Below are positions 39,153 to 47,618 of a stretch of 64,000 nt of DNA, in pieces. Under the pieces are notes generated by a model. It was not told the DNA's origin. It ran no database searches and saw nothing but the letters and a program-made list of their open reading frames with translations. The stretch covers positions 104,687 through 168,686 of the forward strand of contig CAZTNI010000002.1 in assembly GCA_964615415.1 (NCBI GenBank), given 5' to 3'. The position numbers and the translations under genes were made by a program. How positions within the stretch are numbered: the first letter of the stretch is position 1; the number at the start of each line of letters is the position of its first letter. This stretch comes from an uncultured Candidatus Saccharibacteria bacterium (lineage in GTDB: Bacteria > Patescibacteriota > Minisyncoccia > Phycocordibacterales > SBAW01).

Positions 39153-40130
39153 ATGCGTAGGGTAGTTGGCGTGCTTCGCGGCGGTCCTTCAACTGAATAT
39201 GAGGTGTCACTTAAAAGTGGCGCCAACGTGCTTCAGGCTCTAAACCAAGAGCACTTTGAGCCGCGCGATATTTTTATAGACAAAAAGGGTCAGTGGCACC
39301 TCCATGGTGTTGGCGTGCACCCGGAGCGTGCGCTGCGCGGCGTCGATGTTGCGTTTAACGCAATGCATGGTGAGTTTGGCGAAGACGGCGAGGTACAAAA
39401 ACTGCTCGAGCAGCTCGCGATTCCCTACACTGGGTCAGACGCGCTTTCGTCGGCGATCGCGTTTAATAAACACAAAACAAAAGACGCGGTAGTGAAGTTC
39501 GGTGTAAAAGTGCCGCGACATGTGATAGTGAATCAACCAACGGCGGAATTTCCGCTCGAGGCCAAGGCGCTCCATATTTTCCGCACATTTCCGCTGCCGG
39601 TTATTGTTAAACCTGTTGTTGGTGGTTCTTCAGTAGGGACCACACTGGTGGAAAACTTTCACGCACTGGAGTGGGCGCTCGCACAAGGGCTCCAAGTAGC
39701 ACCGAAGGTACTTGTCGAAGAATTTATTAAAGGACGAGAGGCTACGGTGGGTGTTATAGATCATTTCCGGAATGAAAAAGTGTACGCCTTGATGCCGATA
39801 GAAATTATCCCGCCACCAGACCGACCATTTTTCGATTACGAAGCGAAGTATAGTGGAAAATCTATCGAACGTGTGCCAGGGAACTTTACCGATACAGAAA
39901 AGGCGCACTTGATGGACTTGGCACGCAAGGTGCATGAAGGTATGGGGCTTAAGCACTACTCGCGCTCGGACTTTATCGTTTCGCGCAGGGGGATTTACTT
40001 CCTTGAGGTGAATACGCTTCCGGGTTTAACAGGAGAGTCACTCCTGCCGAAGGCGCTCGGTGCTGTTGGCTCAAAAATGTCGGACTTCCTCCACCACGTA
40101 ATAGACTTGGCACACAGAAAAAATGCCTGA
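39153..40130 (+). CDS. ddl: D-alanine--D-alanine ligase
   Basis: GGPSTEYEVSL.SG, HGEFGEDG, PYTGS, KP..GGSSVG, FFDYEAKY, RSDF, LEVNTLPGLT..SL.P. Confidence 0.93.
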   Translation: MRRVVGVLRGGPSTEYEVSLKSGANVLQALNQEHFEPRDIFIDKKGQWHLHGVGVHPERALRGVDVAFNAMHGEFGEDGEVQKLLEQLAIPYTGSDALSSAIAFNKHKTKDAVVKFGVKVPRHVIVNQPTAEFPLEAKALHIFRTFPLPVIVKPVVGGSSVGTTLVENFHALEWALAQGLQVAPKVLVEEFIKGREATVGVIDHFRNEKVYALMPIEIIPPPDRPFFDYEAKYSGKSIERVPGNFTDTEKAHLMDLARKVHEGMGLKHYSRSDFIVSRRGIYFLEVNTLPGLTGESLLPKALGAVGSKMSDFLHHVIDLAHRKNA

Positions 40131-40470
40131 CTCTTCCAAACAGCCGCTCGCAAAGCGTAAGTGCAAACCATGCGAAGGTAACGTGCCTCCTTTGCCGCCC
40201 AACCGGGCTATGGAAATGATGCGGGAGTTAGACAGCGAGTGGATGCTTATTGACGATGCACACATGCTCGCAAAGTCATTCCATTTTAAAGATTTTGCAG
40301 AAACTATGGCCTTTGTAAACAAAGTAGCTGTCATTGCCGAAGAAGAGGGGCACCACCCGGACATGACTATTTCCTACGCCGACTTATCGATAGAGTTAAT
40401 GACCCACGCCATAGGCGGCCTTTCCGAGAATGACTACATCCTTGCGGCAAAGATAGATGAAATAAAATGA
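40123..40470 (+). CDS. Pterin-4-alpha-carbinolamine dehydratase
   Basis: C.PCEG, F.FKDF....FVN.VA..AE.EGHHPD, THAIGGLSEND.ILAAKID. Confidence 0.92.
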   Translation: MPDSSKQPLAKRKCKPCEGNVPPLPPNRAMEMMRELDSEWMLIDDAHMLAKSFHFKDFAETMAFVNKVAVIAEEEGHHPDMTISYADLSIELMTHAIGGLSENDYILAAKIDEIK

Positions 40471-40495
40471 CCTCGCTCAGTGGCGAGGTCACAAG

Positions 40496-41095
40496 TTATA
40501 TTTGAGGCGTGAGGCGCTCAAGAATTTCTTCCCAATTTGCCACACGTGTGACGAGCGGCGGCATCTCGCCTTGGTTCCACGGCCTGTCCGGCAGATAGAC
40601 GGGGATTCCAGCTGTTGCAGTAGTGCGTGCTGTGCCCGGACTGTCGTCTATGAGCGCCGCAACGTTGAGGCGTTTGCATATCTCCACCTTGGGGATGGGT
40701 GTCTTGGTATCTCCAAGAACATAATGATTTGCAAAGTGGAGTTCTTGGAAGAGTTGTGCAAAATGCTTCGCAACAAGTTCGTCCACCGGATTGCGCATGA
40801 TGTCGTCCCGGGCAGTAATAACGAACAAATCGTAGTAGTCGCTCAGGGTCCGCATTGCGTCCGCGGCCCCTTCAATAGGGGCGACTTGTATATGATGATG
40901 AGAAAACACGAAGTCGTACACACGCCGACGCATTTCCTCTTCGCTGCAGCCAAAGACATTACCGAGGTTCCAGTCGACAAGATGACCGTACTCGAGAGTG
41001 GTCCCGTGGAGTTCGTTGTGATGGATACGGAACGTGTTGGTGAAGTCTATAAGGACGTCGTCAAAGTCGACCCCCAATCTAGGCTTATTTGCCAT
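40496..41095 (-). CDS. HAD-family 5'(3')-deoxyribonucleotidase-like protein
   Basis: GVDFDDVL, ITAR, K..IC, LIDDS, PWN. Confidence 0.85.
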   Translation of the reverse strand: MANKPRLGVDFDDVLIDFTNTFRIHHNELHGTTLEYGHLVDWNLGNVFGCSEEEMRRRVYDFVFSHHHIQVAPIEGAADAMRTLSDYYDLFVITARDDIMRNPVDELVAKHFAQLFQELHFANHYVLGDTKTPIPKVEICKRLNVAALIDDSPGTARTTATAGIPVYLPDRPWNQGEMPPLVTRVANWEEILERLTPQI

Positions 41096-41202
41096 TATGT
41101 ATCTCCTGTTGTTCTATCTAAACCGACTATAGCAGAGGCGAGTAAAAGGGTCTAGACGGTAGATAAAATTGATGTAATATAAGGAATGTTCAACATTTAG
41201 TT

Positions 41203-41278
41203 GGGCCCGTAGCTTAGTTGGTAGAGCACCTCATTTGCAATGAGGGGGTCAGGAGTTCGAATCTCCTCGGGTCCACCA
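41203..41278 (+). tRNA. tRNA-Ala(TGC)
   Basis: Cloverleaf GGGCCCG...CGGGTCC-A-CCA with G3:U70; anticodon loop TTTGCAA; GTTCGAATC T-loop. Confidence 0.95.
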
Positions 41279-41489
41279 GACGAAAATTAACCTGCCTTGA
41301 GGCAGGTTTTTCGTACTGGTGGAGGCCGGAGCGATGTTTCGTCAGTAAACGAAACCGCGAGGCGGGGCCGGCGACCAAACTTTGCGACGGCAAAGTTTGA
41401 GTTGTGGGCCACAAGGTGGAAGTCTTTGAGTCGTAGTCCATAAAAACTTTTATGCTATAGTGCTTCTCGGTTAGAAACGGAGAGTTCTT

Positions 41490-41795
41490 ATGAGTCGGCA
41501 TGCAGCTACACTTTCTCCTGAAGAAGCCGCATTCAGGCGACTGGAAGCGGAATTCATACCACACATCGAAGACGTGCGCCGTAAGTGGATGCAAGAAAAT
41601 AATCGCATTCCCATGGGTGCAGGGCTCTATGAACTTGATCCTCAAGAGCAAAATCGGGTCAAGTGGGTTATTGCTGCCTGGGAGCGATACATCACTCCTA
41701 TTGCAGAAGCGTGGTGGCGAGAGCGCGGCTATGAAATTATCTGGCCGGAACAGTCTTCCGACCCGTGCACATACAGAAAGCTTGTAGCAGCGTAA
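41490..41795 (+). CDS. Hypothetical protein
   Basis: 101-aa Trp-rich ORF with GGAGAG SD and downstream terminator. Confidence 0.6.
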   Translation: MSRHAATLSPEEAAFRRLEAEFIPHIEDVRRKWMQENNRIPMGAGLYELDPQEQNRVKWVIAAWERYITPIAEAWWRERGYEIIWPEQSSDPCTYRKLVAA

Positions 41796-41901
41796 TCAAA
41801 AGTCCGTCTGTTTTCAGACGGACTTTTTCTTTTTGGCATATAAATTGACTTTCACCACAAAAATGGTATTTTAGTTTCGGATACAACCACGGGAGAGTTC
41901 A

Positions 41902-42315
41902 ATGCAAGTTTCTGACATTCCGCTCCAGCATCTGCGGATCGGACAGGTTGTGTATATGCCCCGCACAGGTCTCTATGCTTTCATTCTTTCCATACATGCC
42001 GCTATTTTGTCAGCGACTACTGCTAAAAGACCTCCGTATACACAAATTGCTGTACAAGACACCAGAGGACATATACTTGAGTTTGCTCGTGTACCCAGCA
42101 ACAATGTAAAAGCAGTCTCGCGTGTTATCGATGAAAGCGAGTTCGAGCGCTTCCTCGAAATCGTCGCGCTCGAGTCGAAGCATTGGCAGCCACTTACACC
42201 TGAAGCGTTTGCAGAGTCGGGAAGTTGGGCGTCGAACCTTGTTCGCAGAGCCGCCGCCGGCCCTGAACTCCCAGTGGGTGAAAGCCCTGACCTCGGTGCT
42301 GCGCCCTCCTCGTGA
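41902..42315 (+). CDS. Hypothetical protein
   Basis: TTGACT promoter, GGGAGAG SD, 137 aa. Confidence 0.55.
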   Translation: MQVSDIPLQHLRIGQVVYMPRTGLYAFILSIHAAILSATTAKRPPYTQIAVQDTRGHILEFARVPSNNVKAVSRVIDESEFERFLEIVALESKHWQPLTPEAFAESGSWASNLVRRAAAGPELPVGESPDLGAAPSS

Positions 42316-42397
42316 GGGCGCTTTTCTTTTTATGAAAATAAAATACGCCAGTCTCTTGAAGAGACTGGCGTTCTGGAGAAGCAGAAACATTGCTAGG

Positions 42398-42775
42398 TTA
42401 CCAACGAAACCACCCGTAGTCGGCGTAAGTGGAACAGGCATAGTCGCCGCGATAATTCTGGACGCATACTCGCGTATACCCGTCTCGGCAGGTCTGGTCG
42501 ATCCACCAATAGATCTGCTCACCATTGGTGCCGTTCTGACGCAGAATTCGCTCCATGGTGTTGTAACCTGCGCCTGAGTATACACAGTAGCGTTCGGTAC
42601 CGCCCAGTTCGAGCGCCCAGCCATTGCCGTCACCAAGAATGAGGTAGCGCTGGCCGTTATCGTAGGTACCATATTCCCAATCGCCCCAGTATGCCTCCTG
42701 AGCGGCACTGACAGTAGCGCTCGCCGCAAGGAACATTGTGGCGACTGCAAGCATTGCAATGAACTTCCTTACCAT
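42398..42775 (-). CDS. Secreted 4-Cys hypothetical protein (paralogue of 50066..50458)
   Basis: Signal peptide MVRKF...VSAA; GGAGGA SD; four Cys. Confidence 0.65.
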   Translation of the reverse strand: MVRKFIAMLAVATMFLAASATVSAAQEAYWGDWEYGTYDNGQRYLILGDGNGWALELGGTERYCVYSGAGYNTMERILRQNGTNGEQIYWWIDQTCRDGYTRVCVQNYRGDYACSTYADYGWFRW

Positions 42776-42853
42776 CACTTCCTCCGTGGGGTTGATGACG
42801 GCCCCACTATATGAAGGGTTTAGATACTTGTCAAAGCTCCCTATCAACAGTCT

Positions 42854-43909
42854 CTATTTCTTTTTTGCAGCGTCGATAACTTTTTTATAGATAGCTTCGT
42901 AGCCTTCGGCCATCTTTGCGGCATTAAATTTTGTTAATGCGTGTGCGCGACAGTATGCGCGGTCGATAGTGTCAACGTTTTTAATAGCTTCAACCATCTC
43001 GTCAAGATTTTTTACGAGAAAACCAGTTTTCCCTTCTTCAATTATTTCTGGCATAGCACCAAGGTTGAATGCCACAACCGGGAGGCCGCAGGCATTCGCT
43101 TCGATGATGGTAAGGCCGAATGGTTCGCGCCAGGTGATAGGGTGGAGGAACACGAGCGCACGCGCCATCAAGTCGTTACGTTCGGTTTCATCGATCTCGC
43201 CGATCCATTTGATCTGATCATTTAAAAACGGCTTTACGTATTTTCTGTAGTAGCGTTGACCAGCCTCTGTTTCCTCGATTTTTCCTGCAAGGATAAGCGG
43301 CAGGTTGAGTCGTTTTGCTGCAACGATAGCATGGTGTGGTCCCTTCTCGAGACAAATTCGGCCCACCCACAAAAGGTAGCCATCATGCTGGGCAGAAAAT
43401 GGATAGTGCTCCATCGGGAGACCGTTGTGTACAAAGCCCGCAAGATTCAGGTCCTGAATATCTCGTCCTAAGTCTTGAGAGATAGTAACGATATTCATTT
43501 TACGGAACTCGCGGTAGGTAGAAATGTGGTCCGGTTCAATGTGGCCATGCAGGGTAAGGACTGCCGGAGTGGTAGATTTTTCTGCGAGTGCAGCACCGAT
43601 AGACGGTCCTGGAAACGCTACGTGGTCGTGGATAACATCAAACTCTTTTTCCATCACGTATGCACGACTAATAGAATGCATGAGCGGTGCGTTGAATCCG
43701 TATACGGGGCGTATTTTGCTGTTGCGGATAGAGGTAGGGAATACCGAGTTTAATTTTGCCGAGGTGATGGAATCGCCGGAAGCAAAGAGTGTTACTTCAT
43801 GGCCCCGCTTAACAAGCTCCTCGGTGAGAGCGTGAACCACGCGTTCCGTGCCGCCGTACTTTTCCGGAGGGACACGAATAGCGAGTGGCGCTATTTGAGC
43901 AATTCTCAT
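42854..43909 (-). CDS. GT4 family glycosyltransferase
   Basis: MRIAQIAP...VPP.KYGGTERVV, VHNG, GRI..EKG, W.EPFGL..IEA.ACG.PV. Confidence 0.92.
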   Translation of the reverse strand: MRIAQIAPLAIRVPPEKYGGTERVVHALTEELVKRGHEVTLFASGDSITSAKLNSVFPTSIRNSKIRPVYGFNAPLMHSISRAYVMEKEFDVIHDHVAFPGPSIGAALAEKSTTPAVLTLHGHIEPDHISTYREFRKMNIVTISQDLGRDIQDLNLAGFVHNGLPMEHYPFSAQHDGYLLWVGRICLEKGPHHAIVAAKRLNLPLILAGKIEETEAGQRYYRKYVKPFLNDQIKWIGEIDETERNDLMARALVFLHPITWREPFGLTIIEANACGLPVVAFNLGAMPEIIEEGKTGFLVKNLDEMVEAIKNVDTIDRAYCRAHALTKFNAAKMAEGYEAIYKKVIDAAKKK

Positions 43910-44079
43910 AGATGCCTAAAAGACACGTAAGAAAAGGCACGTTAATAGTGCCACGAGGTTGGTGTGCGCACAATGCAAGTTCTTGACAGTAAAAATAGGG
44001 GCTGAGTAGAAAATATTTACAATTTTGAATTTTGTGACATAGTTTATTTAGAAGGAATACAAACATAGGGAGAAGCCTA

Positions 44080-44589
44080 ATGGGCGCTTTTAGTATCTTC
44101 TTTCAAGATCGAATGGCGGCTGGAGTGCGCGTGTGCGGCACCTGTAGCGCGTGCTGTAAAACCCACGGCGTGACACTTGCGCCCGATACATACAAACCAA
44201 AAGGAGTCTGGTGCCCACACTGGGACAAGCAGGAGCGTTGCACTATATATAAGACGCGCCCGAGGGATTGTCAGGATTTTCGGTGCGAGTGGCTGAAGGG
44301 ATACGGATCCGACTCGCTGCGTCCCGATAGAACAAAAGTAGTGCTCGACTTTGTAAACCTTCCTGATGGCCCCCAGGGAGGAATGCTCCAGATGTTTGAA
44401 GTGTCGGAGGGGGCACTCCTAAAGTCGGACATGCAAGCACTTACGCAGGAAGTTTGTACGCGTGGCGTGACCGTGGTCCACGTGCCGCTCGGTAGGCAGA
44501 AAAAGATCTTCATTCCTCGTCGGGTGAAAGATTTTACAGAAGTTGTAGAAAGTGCAACGGAAGAAGGGTATATAATCGTGCTCGTTTAA
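44080..44589 (+). CDS. YkgJ-like cysteine-cluster (CxxCxxCC) protein
   Basis: CGTCSACC...WC.H....CTIY..RP..C..F.C.W. Confidence 0.8.
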   Translation: MGAFSIFFQDRMAAGVRVCGTCSACCKTHGVTLAPDTYKPKGVWCPHWDKQERCTIYKTRPRDCQDFRCEWLKGYGSDSLRPDRTKVVLDFVNLPDGPQGGMLQMFEVSEGALLKSDMQALTQEVCTRGVTVVHVPLGRQKKIFIPRRVKDFTEVVESATEEGYIIVLV

Positions 44590-44673
44590 GTTCGCCGCTT
44601 CTCCTTAGAAGCGGCTTTTTCTTGCTCGACACCTCGTCAAACTCGCTCTATAGTAGCTACATTCGAACCCCCT

Positions 44674-44702
44674 GTCGGGCTGTCGTATAGTGGTAGTATG
44701 TA
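44674..44702 (+). repeat. Direct repeat of tRNA-Pro 5' half
   Basis: GTCGGGCTGTCGTATAGTGGTAGTATGTA matches 44719-44747 with one mismatch. Confidence 0.9.
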
Positions 44703-44720
44703 GGCCGTCGGAAATTTAGT

Positions 44721-44791
44721 CGGGCTGTCGTATAGTGGTATTATGTACGCTTCGGGTGCGTAAGATCCGAGTTCGATTCTCGGCAGCCCGA
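44721..44791 (+). tRNA. tRNA-Pro(CGG), CCA not encoded
   Basis: CGGGCTG...CAGCCCG-A acceptor; TACGC-TTCGGGT-GCGTA anticodon arm; GTTCGATTC T-loop. Confidence 0.92.
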
Positions 44792-44812
44792 CTAAGTTTC
44801 TGACAATTCATA

Positions 44813-45430
44813 ATGAAAAAGACTGACCTACAGAGCATTACCGATTTTATTTACGAGATAGGCATCTTGCGCCACACGCCACGTTCGGGCTTTTGGTTTT
44901 TGGGTACGGGCAAGCAGTCTGTTGCGGAACATTTGTTTCGCACCGCGATGATAGCCTACGCGCTGTGTAAGATGACTCCGGGTGCAAACAAAGAGCGTGC
45001 GATTTTTATGGCACTGGTACACGACGTAGGCGAAGGGCGTACCTCGGACCTTAACTATGTGCACCAGCGCTACGGCCGCTTGGCAGAAACAACCGCGTTT
45101 GAAGACATTGCCCGCGCAGTACCCTTCGGTAAAGAAATGCAGGACGCATACTTAGAAGAGCAAAAGCGCGAAAGTCTTGAAGCAAAGCTGGTTAAAGACG
45201 CAGACCAGTTGGAATGGATAGCGTCACTCCGCGAAGAGGAAATGAAAGGGAATGCAAAAGCGAAGGAGTGGGTCGCTATTGCAGCAAAGCGTCTTAAAAC
45301 TCCTGCTGCGCAAACTATCTGCAAACTTTTGTTGAAGACAAAGCCAGATGCGTGGTGGTTCGACAAAGCCGACAAGTGGTTTGTCGACCGGCAAGAAGCC
45401 CACAGGAAAATTTCTAAAAAGAAGAAATAG
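44813..45430 (+). CDS. HD-domain hydrolase (YfbR/HDDC2-like)
   Basis: L..TPRSG, SVAEH.FR, ALVHD..E.RT.D, EAKLVKDAD.LE. Confidence 0.88.
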   Translation: MKKTDLQSITDFIYEIGILRHTPRSGFWFLGTGKQSVAEHLFRTAMIAYALCKMTPGANKERAIFMALVHDVGEGRTSDLNYVHQRYGRLAETTAFEDIARAVPFGKEMQDAYLEEQKRESLEAKLVKDADQLEWIASLREEEMKGNAKAKEWVAIAAKRLKTPAAQTICKLLLKTKPDAWWFDKADKWFVDRQEAHRKISKKKK

Positions 45431-45494
45431 ACGCGGTGCTGTACGCGTGGTATAGTTTTTTTGGAAAAGTTTCCTTACAAATAGGAGGCATGCC

Positions 45495-46280
45495 GTGCTT
45501 GACCAGCCGACACTAACACTTGATCATCCTGCCGTGCAGGCAGCGAAGGATCAGTGGGAGAGGAGACTCGCTAAACGTCCCGCTCCTCGAAAACATTCTT
45601 TTACGTTCGAGACCTTTTTCGAGCGTTTTAGTGACACCACTCTACCTCTTTCGCATTTACAGAAAGAGACAGGTCTGACACGAGCCCGGTTGTATCAAAT
45701 CTATGACAGATATTTCCGTACTCTATTTGGAGGGGTGTCCGCACGGAAACGCTTCCAAAAGATACTGTCTCGCAAGCGCGCTGCAGAGCTTGAAACAGCA
45801 GAGCAAACATTGCTCAAAAAACATCCTCGCTGGCGGCATGTTGTAAAGCAAGCACAACTCGCTTCCTGTGTCGTGGAAGCGGTGCCTATGGGGAATCATG
45901 GAAAAGAAACAGGGAGGGTGCTTGCCACTTCCTTGCGCATTAATGGACACCTTTGCTCTGCTCACATTGCACGCACTGCCCGCAGGTTGGCAGACACCAA
46001 GCGGAGTTATGTGCGTGTGCAGCTGAGTACTTTGGTGGTTCAAAGAAAATATGCAGTCGTTATTCATACGAGAGTGAAGGATCAAAAGCCACACACGTTC
46101 GTAATCCCGACTGCAGACATCCTCGCTGCCTATCCTGCGCTCCGCGAAGGTAAAGATGTGATGTTGAACATACCAGTAGAACGGTCGTCGGCATCTCATA
46201 AAAACATGTCGAAGCTTGCGTATTGGAACTACGAAAATGCGTGGCACTTGCTACGCCCCGAAGAAACATCCGCCCCGTAA
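45495..46280 (+). CDS. Hypothetical protein with sigma-region-4-like HTH
   Basis: ETGLTRARLYQIY HTH-like segment; AGGAGG SD; downstream terminator. Confidence 0.6.
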   Translation: MLDQPTLTLDHPAVQAAKDQWERRLAKRPAPRKHSFTFETFFERFSDTTLPLSHLQKETGLTRARLYQIYDRYFRTLFGGVSARKRFQKILSRKRAAELETAEQTLLKKHPRWRHVVKQAQLASCVVEAVPMGNHGKETGRVLATSLRINGHLCSAHIARTARRLADTKRSYVRVQLSTLVVQRKYAVVIHTRVKDQKPHTFVIPTADILAAYPALREGKDVMLNIPVERSSASHKNMSKLAYWNYENAWHLLRPEETSAP

Positions 46281-46408
46281 ATAGGGGCGGATTCTTTTTT
46301 GCAAGCATATTGACCATCGAGGTTTTTAATGTTAAAAATCTGCCTGGAAGTCCGGCGGTAGTTGCCGCCACACAACCTCTGTTCAATCAACCACGAAAGG
46401 GTTCTCTC

Positions 46409-47482
46409 ATGTGGATTCTCGCGCTTATTGCGCTCGGTTTCTTTGCCTACATGGCGTATGACTTTCTGAGAGTAAACAGTCTTGATACTGCAGTGGCAGA
46501 TGCATTTTTTGCAGCCTCTTCTGAGACACAAGCAGTGCTTGGTATAACTCTCTGCCTGGTTATTGGGTTTATTATCCTGCAAGGAACGACATACCGAGCT
46601 GCCAAAAAAGATCGTGAAATAGCGCAGAAGGAGGCAGGTAGTCTTGCGGACGACTTGCTCGAACTTCGTGCCAAGCGAACGGAGCCTTATGACGATCCTA
46701 TCGCAGAGCTTGCCAGAATGATGGGTCGTCCTATACCAACTTCTCGTGTCTTCGATCAAGGCGAAGAGTCGGAAGATGTGCTCAAGACACTCGGTACGAG
46801 TATCGAAGAGTTGGAGACACAGTTGGGTACGGTGCGTCGCGAGTTCGGCGACGATGATCGGGTGCAGGAACTCTCCGAGCGTCTTGGACGCCTGCGGACT
46901 TTGCATAGCGAAGCGATGCGGCGATTCGAGTCGATCGAGAGCCTCCAAGAAGAGACGGATCGTCTTCAGCAGCGTCTTACGTCAGCTTTTGAAAAGGTCG
47001 ACATCGACGACCTTGAAGCGAAAGTCGACGAGATTGCCGACTTTGTTCGCGAAAAGCGCGATGTTGTAGAACGAGCAGCTACGCTCGCGCAGTCGCTTCC
47101 GGCGCATACTACTCGTCTGAAGAATTTGGACGAGCAGTCTCGCAAGATGATCGATGGAGAGTCGGGCATCATGGCGCAGGTTCGCGCTGCGGAGCGGACC
47201 ACTGCCGTGGTGAAGGGCCGCATCGAACAGCTGGCGGGTCGGCAAGGGGATCAGCAGCGAGGTGTCGCCGCTATTCCACCGATTGGCCAGCGGATCAGCA
47301 CCCTCGCTCAAGAGGTTGCGACTATCGAACGCGACATGGACAAACTGGATACTGATACCGGGATCCAGCGAGTCAATAGCCTCGGTACTCGCCTAGAAGC
47401 GCTGCGTGTGCAGCTGACCGGTCACAATTCGCCGCCGGTCCAGAGGCAGCAGCTCGCGGTTGTCCCCGCCGCTGCAGAGTGA
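46409..47482 (+). CDS. Membrane-anchored long coiled-coil protein
   Basis: Two N-terminal TM helices, then heptad-rich E/L/R helical region; own promoter and terminator. Confidence 0.7.
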   Translation: MWILALIALGFFAYMAYDFLRVNSLDTAVADAFFAASSETQAVLGITLCLVIGFIILQGTTYRAAKKDREIAQKEAGSLADDLLELRAKRTEPYDDPIAELARMMGRPIPTSRVFDQGEESEDVLKTLGTSIEELETQLGTVRREFGDDDRVQELSERLGRLRTLHSEAMRRFESIESLQEETDRLQQRLTSAFEKVDIDDLEAKVDEIADFVREKRDVVERAATLAQSLPAHTTRLKNLDEQSRKMIDGESGIMAQVRAAERTTAVVKGRIEQLAGRQGDQQRGVAAIPPIGQRISTLAQEVATIERDMDKLDTDTGIQRVNSLGTRLEALRVQLTGHNSPPVQRQQLAVVPAAAE

Positions 47483-47502
47483 GTTCTTTTTGTGCAGTAA
47501 TC

Positions 47503-47535
47503 AAGCGCGGCCAGTAGGCCGCGCTTTTTCTTTTT
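47503..47535 (+). terminator. Intrinsic terminator
   Basis: AAGCGCGGCC-agta-GGCCGCGCTT plus T-tract. Confidence 0.75.
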
Positions 47536-47618
47536 GATACATATTTGACGATACGCACTTTTAGTGTTAAAAATTTGTCAGACGGACATCGTCAATATGT
47601 CAACAAAGGAGTCTTCTG

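Noticed and set aside
41214-41651. 145-aa minus-strand ORF ending in ...FELLTPSLQMRCSTN
   Set aside because: Antisense translation of tRNA-Ala and the neighbouring gene.
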